Shown: one piece after another, positions 57,094 to 64,000 of the stretch
How the letters are laid out: each line of letters begins with the position of its first letter
Numbering within the stretch: the first letter of the stretch is position 1
Assembly: GCA_963716255.1 (NCBI GenBank)
Contig: OY970303.1
Span: forward strand, 6,880,001-6,944,000
Direction: 5' to 3'
Origin: an uncultured Gemmatimonadales bacterium
Lineage (GTDB): Bacteria > Gemmatimonadota > Gemmatimonadetes > Longimicrobiales > Longimicrobiaceae
DNA length: 64,000 nucleotides
Made by a program: the position numbers and the translations under genes
The notes under the pieces: model-generated
Seen by the model: the letters and a program-made list of their open reading frames with translations, nothing else
Databases searched by the model: none
Told to the model about the DNA's origin: nothing

Positions 57094-58128
57094 ATGGCAA
57101 GGGAAGACATCCGCACGGTGCAGGTGGGGGTGGACTCCGGTCTCGCCGCCGAAGATTGCCAGCCCGCCACCGCCTGTCCCCCCGCGGCGTCCGGGAGCGT
57201 GATCCTGTCGGGGATCGAGCATCCGGGCCACCGCGTCCCCGACGAAGTCGCCACCGCGGTCCGCCAGCTCCACAGGATGGAGATCGCGGCGCGGTCCCGG
57301 CAGGACGAGATCGCCCGGCTGGCCCGCCCCGGCACCGAGGAGCGCAGGATCGCAGCCGGGGTCCGTGAGGCGGTCGCCAGGGCCGCCGGCGTGGACCCCG
57401 GCACGCTTCAGCGGCTCCGCGACCTCAAGCTGGCGAGGTCAGTGCGCGTGCAGGAAGCCATCGACCGTCCGGCTGCCCTTCCGCTGCTGTGGCCCCCGTG
57501 GGAGAGGGAGCCCGCCCTTCCCGCGCCGGGCGACCCCTCCTTCTGGTGGGCCCGGACGGACTCGTGGCTGACGTCGTCCTTCAGCGCCGCCTGGAGGGAT
57601 GACGGGCTGCACTTCTTCAGAGGGGTCACCACGCACGACGGCGACCTGCACAAGGACACCTTCGGGGCCGTGGCGCTTTTCGCGCTGGGGTCGGACCGGA
57701 TCCCCTCATCGTCCACCAACCGGTGGCGCTCGACCCCGCACGTCGAGCTGTTCGGCGGCATCCACGGCTACACCGGCGACTCCGACCTCTTCACCGGCGA
57801 CCTGTGGTCCAAGTGCTGGATGCACCGCGACCAGCAGCTCTACCAGTTCGGCTTCGGCCCGGACGGCCCCGTGCCCATCGTGCTGGGCCAGGCGCACGAG
57901 AGCGAGACCCTGGTCTTCGAGGAGGACGGGGATCGGTCCGTGCACGTGGGGATGCGGGGTTTCCAGTGGATGCCCCCCATCACCTTCGGCGGCCTCAACC
58001 CGGCGAGCACCCTCTGGGCCCGCCTGGAGGTCCGCTTCGACATCCAGACCGAGGGCGCCGGCACCCTCCTGTGGCTGGACCCGGAGGTCCTGCTGCGCAC
58101 CTTCCAGTGGCCCCTCACCCCCCTGTGA
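57094..58128 (+). CDS. Hypothetical protein (344 aa) with a Trp-rich beta C-terminal domain
   Basis: AAGGAG RBS; GTGA coupling to the methyltransferase; no recognised family. Confidence 0.75.
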   Translation: MAREDIRTVQVGVDSGLAAEDCQPATACPPAASGSVILSGIEHPGHRVPDEVATAVRQLHRMEIAARSRQDEIARLARPGTEERRIAAGVREAVARAAGVDPGTLQRLRDLKLARSVRVQEAIDRPAALPLLWPPWEREPALPAPGDPSFWWARTDSWLTSSFSAAWRDDGLHFFRGVTTHDGDLHKDTFGAVALFALGSDRIPSSSTNRWRSTPHVELFGGIHGYTGDSDLFTGDLWSKCWMHRDQQLYQFGFGPDGPVPIVLGQAHESETLVFEEDGDRSVHVGMRGFQWMPPITFGGLNPASTLWARLEVRFDIQTEGAGTLLWLDPEVLLRTFQWPLTPL

Positions 58129-59171
58129 GTGCTCCCGCCGCCGCCCCGCCGGGCAACCCACCGCCCGCCCACGCACCGGCCGCCAGGAAGGTGCTGATGC
58201 AGCTGCTGGTGGGGAACCAGCTCCAGCAGGCCGTGCACGTGGCCGCCCGGCTCGGCATCGCCGACCTGCTCGCAGGCGGCCCCCGCACCGCGGAGGAGCT
58301 GGCGCGGGAAGCCGGCGCCCACCCCGGGGCGCTGCGCCGGCTGCTGCGCGCCCTCGCCGCGTTCGGCGTGTTCGCCGAGGGCGCGGGCGGGCGCTGGGAG
58401 CTGACCCCGGCGGCCGGGCTGCTGCGGGCGGGCGAGCCCGGCTCCATGCGCGCCTTCGCGCTCTGGTCCGGCGGCGTCAGCTACCGCGTGTTCGGCGCGC
58501 TGGAGCACAGCGTCCGCACCGGCGAGCCCGCCTTCGACCGGCTCTTCGGCGCCGAGTTCTTCGAGTACCTCGCCGCCCACCCCGAGGACGGCGCCGTGTT
58601 CGACGAGATGATGTCGTGGAACACCGCGCCGCTCGCCCCCCTCGTCGCCGCCCGCGGCTTCGCCGGCACCGAGACCGTGGTGGACGTCGGCGGGGGGCGC
58701 GGCGAGCTGGTCGCGGGGCTGCTCCGGGCCCACCCCGGCATGCGGGGCGTGCTCTTCGACCACCCGCGCGTGGGCCCGCGGGCGGCGGAATGGCTGGAGG
58801 CCGCCGGCGTCGCCGACCGCTGCCGCCTCGTCTCTGGCGACATGCTGGAGTCCGTACCCCCCGGGGGCGACGCGTACCTCCTCAAGAGCGTGCTGCACGG
58901 GCTGGACGACGAGGCCGCCGCCCGCGTCCTGCACAGCTGCCGCCGGGCGATGCACGGCGGCGGCCGGCTCCTCCTGGTGGAGTTCGTCCTCCCGCCCGGG
59001 AACGACCCGTTCCCCGGAAAGCTCATGGACCTGCTCATGCTCGTGGGGGGGCGCGGCCGCGAGCGCACCGAGGAGGAGTTCCGCACGCTGCTCGCCGGAG
59101 CCGGCTTCCTCCTGGCGGACGTCGCCCCCACCCCGTATGGTCTCAGCGTGATCGAGGCGCGGCCCGCGTAG
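58125..59171 (+). CDS. SAM-dependent O-methyltransferase (dimerisation domain plus Methyltransf_2)
   Basis: AARLGIADLL, VVDVGGGRG, GDM..SVP.G.D.YLLKSVLH, RERTEEEF. Confidence 0.92.
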   Translation: MSAPAAAPPGNPPPAHAPAARKVLMQLLVGNQLQQAVHVAARLGIADLLAGGPRTAEELAREAGAHPGALRRLLRALAAFGVFAEGAGGRWELTPAAGLLRAGEPGSMRAFALWSGGVSYRVFGALEHSVRTGEPAFDRLFGAEFFEYLAAHPEDGAVFDEMMSWNTAPLAPLVAARGFAGTETVVDVGGGRGELVAGLLRAHPGMRGVLFDHPRVGPRAAEWLEAAGVADRCRLVSGDMLESVPPGGDAYLLKSVLHGLDDEAAARVLHSCRRAMHGGGRLLLVEFVLPPGNDPFPGKLMDLLMLVGGRGRERTEEEFRTLLAGAGFLLADVAPTPYGLSVIEARPA

Positions 59172-59224
59172 CGCCGCGCCTCCCCGGCGCGCCGCCGCGC
59201 AGGCCCTCTCCCCCCCGGTGCCTC

Positions 59225-59614
59225 GTGTCCGTCCCCAGGCTCTTCCGCGTCATCCTCCCCGTCCCCGACATCGACCGGGCGGCCGAAGTCTACGGCCTCC
59301 TCCTGGGCCATCCCGGCGAGCGGGTGCACGACAGCCGCCACTACTTCGACTGTGGCGGGACCCTCCTGGCCTGCCTCGATCCGCGGCGGGAAGGGTGGGA
59401 ACGCGACGCCGTCCCCAACCCCGAGCTCCTGTACTTCGCGGTGGACGACCTGGAGGCCGCGTACGCCCGCGCCCTCGCGGCGGGGTGCCGCTGCCGCGAA
59501 GAGGGAATCGCCACGCGGGCGTGGGGGGAGCGCTCCTTCTACGCGCACGACCCCTTCGGCAACCCCGTGTGCTTCGTGGACGGGTCCACCGTCTTTACCG
59601 GCCGCGAGGAATGA
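59225..59614 (+). CDS. VOC family protein
   Basis: RVILPV.DIDRA..Y, YFAVDDLE, WGERSFY..DPFGN. Confidence 0.85.
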   Translation: MSVPRLFRVILPVPDIDRAAEVYGLLLGHPGERVHDSRHYFDCGGTLLACLDPRREGWERDAVPNPELLYFAVDDLEAAYARALAAGCRCREEGIATRAWGERSFYAHDPFGNPVCFVDGSTVFTGREE

Positions 59615-59636
59615 GAGGAGGGTAACCGGCGGGTTC

Positions 59637-59788
59637 GGGCGTGCCCCCGGCTGGCGCCGGGGTCGGGCTTCGGCTCCGTAACGCACGAAACAACCGTGCG
59701 TAACGGAGTCGAGCCCCCGCGAAACAGCCCGCGGGGTCTCGCCCCTTCGGGCCGAAATCCCTCACGCGGGCATCGCGCTGGCGTCCGC
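59637..59788 (-). repeat. Structured dispersed repeat, copy 6
   Basis: Internal stem variant ACGCACG/CGTGCGT. Confidence 0.9.
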
Positions 59789-59816
59789 GGGAGGGGGGGT
59801 CCGGGTCTTTCCGGCC

Positions 59817-61739
59817 TCACCCCTCCAGCCGCCACGGCGGCGCGGGGGCCCAGCAGGCGTCCTCCACCCGCTCCAGCAGCCCCTCCACCCGGGGGTCCGC
59901 GGGGAGCTCCGCCAGGTCTTCGCGCACCGCGGCCGCCGGGACCCCCGCCGCCGCGAGGCGTGCCTCCCACTCCGCTGCGGGGCGGGCGCGCAGCCGCTCC
60001 GCCACCGCCGCGGCGTCCGCGCCGGCGTCCAGGCCGCACGCCTCCGCCAGGCGGGCGCGGGCCGCCTCGTCCTCCGCCTCCACCGCCAGCCACCCCGCCG
60101 CCGTCCGCACCGGCCGGTCCAGCGGCCCCCACACCGGCCTCCCCAGGCGCCTCCCCCTCTCTCCCCCGAAGGCCATGGGCCGCAGCACGTGCCGCTGGAG
60201 CGCCATGGCGCCGGCCAGGAGCGAGGTGTCCACCCTGCAGCCCGCCCCGGACCGCTCCCGCTGGAAGAGCCCGGCGAGGATCCCCTCGCAGGCGAGCAGC
60301 CCCCCGGTGGCGTCCAGGAGCGTGAGCCGCGAGGGAAAGGGCGGCTCGTCCGTCGGGTTCAGGCCGTCCCCGCACGCCCCGTGCGCCTGCACCAGGAAGT
60401 CCCCCGCGATCGGGGAGGGCTCCTCGGCGATTCTCCCCCAGCCGGAGGCGTGCGCCCACACGAGCCGCGGGTTGCGCGGCGCCAGGTCGTCCCAGTCCAG
60501 CCCCAGCTCCTCCGCCCGCCCCGACCGCCAGTTGTGCAGGAACACGTCCGCGCCCGCCGCCAGCTCCGCGAGCCGCGCGCGGCCCGCCGGGTCCTTGTAG
60601 TCGATCTCCACCACCCGCTTCGCGCGGTTGTAGGCCAGGTAGGCCGCCCCCAGCCGGCCCGCCAGGGGAGGGGAGTGCCTCCCGAAGTCGCCCCCCGGCG
60701 GCTCCACCTTCACCACCTCGGCCCCCAGCATCCCCAGGAGGAGCCCCGCCAGCGGCCCCTGCAGCCGTGACGTGACCTCCACCACCCGCATCCCGCCCAG
60801 CGGGCCGGCTCCCGCCGCCGGGACGCGCGCGGAGCCGGGCCGCGCCGCCCCCGGACGGATCGTCCAAGGCGCGCACACCTCCGGCCCGGCCGCCGCGTCG
60901 CCCAGCTCGGCCACCAGCTCCGGGTAGGTGCGCACCCGGCAGACGGCCACCCCGCACGCCCCGGCGGCGCTGCGGATCTCCGCCAGCGAGTGGCGGCCGG
61001 CGGCGCGGTGCAGGGAAGGGGGGAGCGTGCAGGCCGCGGTGAGGTAGCGCTGCACGAAGGCGGACCAGGACTCGTCCAGCCCCTCCCGCTCCACGCCCAG
61101 CCGCCTCCAGAACCCCAACCACGCCCCGAAGCCGAGCGCTTCGATCTCCACCACGTGCCCGTCGGCCGTGCGGAAGGGAGGGCCGGCGCCGGCCGCGGGG
61201 GGCGCCGGCGGCGGCCCGTCCGGCGTGGTCGCGATGGCGAGGTGGTGGGAAAGCAGGAAGAGGGCGGCGTGCAGGACGGACGTTTCCACGCGCCGGACGG
61301 GGCGGCCGCGGCTTGCGGCGACGAGGGCGGCGAGGATCCCCTGCGTGGCGACGATCCCCGCGGCCACCGACGCCGCCTCCAGGCCCAGGCGACGCGGGAA
61401 TCCCGCCTCCCGGCCGTGGACCGCCATCAGCCCGGAGATCGCCTGGATCCCCACCTCGCCCGCCGGCAGGCCGGGCGCGCCGCTTCCCGGCCACCAGCGG
61501 ATGGCGCACTCGACCTCCCCCGCGCCGGGCGGGAAGGCGGCCGCGCGCTCCCCGGGAGCGACCGTCAGCCCGCCGTCCGCCGCCGGGCCGGGCCGGTCTC
61601 CCGCGCCGCCGCGATCATCCGGGAGCCAGCGGGCGCCCAGCACCGCCAGGTGCTCCGCGCAGGTCCGGGCCGGGAGCCCGGGATCCCCGCGGGTGCTCAC
61701 CTGGAAGCCGGCCAGGAGCGGGGGGACGCCGTCGGCCAT
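59817..61739 (-). CDS. Family III CoA-transferase (CaiB/BaiF), duplicated domain
   Basis: PL.GMRVVE…QGP.AG.LL..LGAEVVKVEPPGGD, YNRAK, ADVFLHNWR. Confidence 0.88.
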   Translation of the reverse strand: MADGVPPLLAGFQVSTRGDPGLPARTCAEHLAVLGARWLPDDRGGAGDRPGPAADGGLTVAPGERAAAFPPGAGEVECAIRWWPGSGAPGLPAGEVGIQAISGLMAVHGREAGFPRRLGLEAASVAAGIVATQGILAALVAASRGRPVRRVETSVLHAALFLLSHHLAIATTPDGPPPAPPAAGAGPPFRTADGHVVEIEALGFGAWLGFWRRLGVEREGLDESWSAFVQRYLTAACTLPPSLHRAAGRHSLAEIRSAAGACGVAVCRVRTYPELVAELGDAAAGPEVCAPWTIRPGAARPGSARVPAAGAGPLGGMRVVEVTSRLQGPLAGLLLGMLGAEVVKVEPPGGDFGRHSPPLAGRLGAAYLAYNRAKRVVEIDYKDPAGRARLAELAAGADVFLHNWRSGRAEELGLDWDDLAPRNPRLVWAHASGWGRIAEEPSPIAGDFLVQAHGACGDGLNPTDEPPFPSRLTLLDATGGLLACEGILAGLFQRERSGAGCRVDTSLLAGAMALQRHVLRPMAFGGERGRRLGRPVWGPLDRPVRTAAGWLAVEAEDEAARARLAEACGLDAGADAAAVAERLRARPAAEWEARLAAAGVPAAAVREDLAELPADPRVEGLLERVEDACWAPAPPWRLEG

Positions 61740-61748
61740 GGCGGGGGC

Positions 61749-63299
61749 TCACCGGGCGGCGAGCCGCCGGCGCGGCGCGTCGGCCGCCGCAGCGCGGAGC
61801 GCGGGGAGGTCCACCTTGCCCAGGCGCGTGCGGGGGATCCGCTCCAGCACGCACAGCGCCTCCGGGAGCTTGTACGGCGCGAGCTCGCCGCCCAGCGCCA
61901 GGCGGAGCGATGCCAGCTCCGGGGACTCGCCGGGCGCGGGCACCACGCAGGCGCACACCGTCTCCCCCATGACCGGGTCGGCGAGCCCGATCACCGCCGC
62001 GTCGGCCACGGCGGGGAGGCGCAGGAGCGCGCACTCCACCTCCACCGGGTCCACCTTCAGCCCGCCCCGGTCGATCCGGTGCTTCAGCCGCCCGAACACG
62101 TAGAGCCGCCCCTCCCCGTCCATCCGCCCCAGGTCGCCGGAGTAGTACCACCCCCCGTCCGCCGCCCCCGCCTCGTCCCAGTAGCGCACCGGGAACACGC
62201 CGCGCGAGAACGCGACCTCCCCCACCACCCCCGCGGGGACCGGGCGGCGCTCCTCGTCCACCACCACCACCGAGCCGGGCGCCGGCCGGCCCACCGAGCC
62301 GCGCAGGATGTCCTCCCGGTCGGTGGTCGCCACCCCCACGCCCTCGCTCGACCCGTACATGTACATGAACTCCACCCCCAGGCGGTCCCAGATGTCGCGG
62401 ACCAGCTCCGGCGGGAAGGTCGCCGCCGTCCCCACGCTGAGGCGCAGCGCCCCCACGTCGCCGCCGTCCCGCGCCAGGCGGTCCAGGACCAGCCTGAAGT
62501 GGGCGGGGGCGCCGTTCAGCACGGTCACCCCCTCGGCCGCGACGCGGCGGAGCGCCTCCTCCGGCGTGAACCGGTCCAGGAGGACCAGGCGTCCCCCCGC
62601 GAACAGCGCCCCCATCGCCATCATCATCCCGAAGCCGTGCGACAGCGGGAGGTGGGCGAGGTGCACGTCCTCCGGCCCGAAGCGGAGCCATCCCCCCAGC
62701 CGCCGCCAGCGCTCCGCCAGGTTCCCGTGGTAGCCCAGGGTGGCCTTCGGCGTGCCGGTGGTCCCCGAGCTGATGAAGATCAGCGCCGGGTCCCCGGGCG
62801 AGGGCTCCCGCGGCGCGGGGCCGGCCTCCGTTTCCGCACCGGCGGCGGCCAGCTCCGCCAGCGCCTGGCAGCCGGCGGGCGCGGGCCCGTCGCCCGCCAC
62901 CAGGACGACCAGGCCGGGGTGCGCCTCGCGCACGGCCCGCAGCGCCGCGAAGGGGTCCGCGCCGCCGCCGGGGGGCTCGTACACCAGCGCCGCGGCCCGC
63001 GTCGTTTCCACGACCCGGGCGAGCTCGGGCCCGGTGAGCTGGAAGTCCGCTCCCACGTGCACCGCGCCCGCGCTCCACGCCGCGCCGATGGCCACCACGT
63101 GCTCCGGGCGGTTGGCCGCCGAGCACACCACCCGGTCGCCCGGGCCGATCCCCAGCCGCCGGTACGCCCCCGCCAGGCGAAGGACCGCCGCGCCGAGCTG
63201 CGCGTACGAGGTGATGCGGCCGCCGGAGCTGAGCGCCGGCCGGTCCGGCCAGCGCTCCCACGAGCTTTCGAGCGCGCCGACGAGGGTTCCGGGGCTCAT
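61749..63299 (-). CDS. Acyl/aryl-CoA ligase (class I adenylate-forming enzyme)
   Basis: SSGTTGTPK, YGSSEG, YYSGDLG, GRLKH.I.RGG.K, YKLP, LGKVD. Confidence 0.92.
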   Translation of the reverse strand: MSPGTLVGALESSWERWPDRPALSSGGRITSYAQLGAAVLRLAGAYRRLGIGPGDRVVCSAANRPEHVVAIGAAWSAGAVHVGADFQLTGPELARVVETTRAAALVYEPPGGGADPFAALRAVREAHPGLVVLVAGDGPAPAGCQALAELAAAGAETEAGPAPREPSPGDPALIFISSGTTGTPKATLGYHGNLAERWRRLGGWLRFGPEDVHLAHLPLSHGFGMMMAMGALFAGGRLVLLDRFTPEEALRRVAAEGVTVLNGAPAHFRLVLDRLARDGGDVGALRLSVGTAATFPPELVRDIWDRLGVEFMYMYGSSEGVGVATTDREDILRGSVGRPAPGSVVVVDEERRPVPAGVVGEVAFSRGVFPVRYWDEAGAADGGWYYSGDLGRMDGEGRLYVFGRLKHRIDRGGLKVDPVEVECALLRLPAVADAAVIGLADPVMGETVCACVVPAPGESPELASLRLALGGELAPYKLPEALCVLERIPRTRLGKVDLPALRAAAADAPRRRLAAR

Positions 63300-63357
63300 G
63301 GACCGGGCGTGCGGGGGATGCTGCGGGGGCCGGACGGCCCCGGCGGAGTCGAGGGGA

Positions 63358-63400
63358 AATGTGGAGCGGTGACCACCAGGGCGCTTCTCGTGGATTGCTC
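63358..63400 (-). promoter_or_regulatory. Regulon motif plus -10 box upstream of the CoA ligase
   Basis: Minus strand GAGCAATCCACGAGAAG-N20-CACATT. Confidence 0.7.
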
Positions 63401-63407
63401 GGCGCGC

Positions 63408-64000
63408 CTAGCCGGGGTCCTCCAGGGGCAGCACGTTGTCTCCCGGGTTCCGGTCCACGTAGTAGTTGTAGGGGTCCACGCCGGCGTGCGTCGGCCTGCG
63501 GTCCGTCACGAACCTGACCACCTGCGCCCCCGAGCGGATGGGCCGGCGCTCCAGGACGACCACGTCCCTCGCGTCGAAGGCGTCGCGGCCCGGCTCCGCG
63601 GTGAAGAGGCCCACCTCGATGCGCTCGGCGAGCGGCGCTTCCGTCTCCGCGCCGTGTGCGTCCACGTACATCTTCTTCGCCTCCACCGTCACGCTCACGT
63701 CCCACCGGCCGTCGGCGCGGCGCACGGCCGTGGGCCGGGCGGCCTTCAGGTGGTACAGGGTGACGCGCTCGAACAGGTCGGTGACCAGCGCCTGGTCCTC
63801 CGCGGTCCTGGCCTCGGCGCGCAGCGCGGCCACCAGGTCGAGCGAGCGGGGATACGGCGCGTCCCTGAACCGGTAGCGGTCCACCAGCCCCCGCAGCGCC
63901 CGGTTGACCGCCGCCTCGCCCAGCCGCTCCTGAAGCAGGTACATGGCCAGCGCTCCCTTGCGGTAGGTGACGTGGTCCTGCCCGTCCACCCGGGTGAGCG
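63408..64000 (-). CDS. C-terminal part of an M1 aminopeptidase (often ABC permease-M1 fusion), truncated by the window
   Basis: YRKGALAMY, GEAAVNRAL, PYPRSLDL, AGVDPYNYYVDRNP.DN. Confidence 0.8.
   Translation of the reverse strand, partial: LTRVDGQDHVTYRKGALAMYLLQERLGEAAVNRALRGLVDRYRFRDAPYPRSLDLVAALRAEARTAEDQALVTDLFERVTLYHLKAARPTAVRRADGRWDVSVTVEAKKMYVDAHGAETEAPLAERIEVGLFTAEPGRDAFDARDVVVLERRPIRSGAQVVRFVTDRRPTHAGVDPYNYYVDRNPGDNVLPLEDPG

Noticed and set aside
14233..59788. Repeats as a CRISPR array or an IS
   Set aside because: Copies are dispersed with no spacers, no cas genes, no transposase, and no clear terminal inverted repeats or target duplications.

Overview
A very GC-rich bacterial window devoted almost entirely to specialised metabolism. 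The host is probably a Gram-negative non-actinomycete (Gemmatimonadota/Longimicrobium-like). This is inferred from the PadR+ADOP permease pair, sigma-54 regulation, an outer-membrane barrel and the NRPS style, and it is not proven. 1-12.4 kb: the 3' part of a TE-less NRPS with four C-A-T modules, followed by corA. 13.4-14.2 kb: a low-GC islet encoding a CS-alpha-beta defensin-like secreted peptide and a 35-aa type-I-toxin-like peptide. 14.4-17.3 kb: PadR/ADOP. About 17.4-63.3 kb: a candidate novel enediyne gene cluster. It has the complete warhead cassette (E3/UnbL, E4/UnbV, E5/UnbU, PKSE, E10 thioesterase) with an AhpD-like gene inserted. It also has a sensor-less sigma-54 activator with divergent -24/-12 promoters, a double-domain vanadium-haloperoxidase/PAP2 lipoprotein, a DyP peroxidase, a CalC-like SRPBCC protein and an AraC regulator. 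The rest comprises a JAMM+ThiS sulfur-carrier pair, seven VOC proteins, flavoenzymes, a methyltransferase-aminotransferase fusion, a SnoaL protein, an A-T-R reductase, an O-methyltransferase and CoA ligase/transferase. A 17-bp motif (GAGCAA-N4-GGAGAAG) lies exactly 20 nt before a -10-like hexamer at seven promoters and ties the distal operons into one regulon. Six copies of a ~150-bp structured repeat show compensatory base changes, and a REP-like palindrome sits in-frame inside an NRPS A domain. All calls come from reading motifs by eye; no searches were run.
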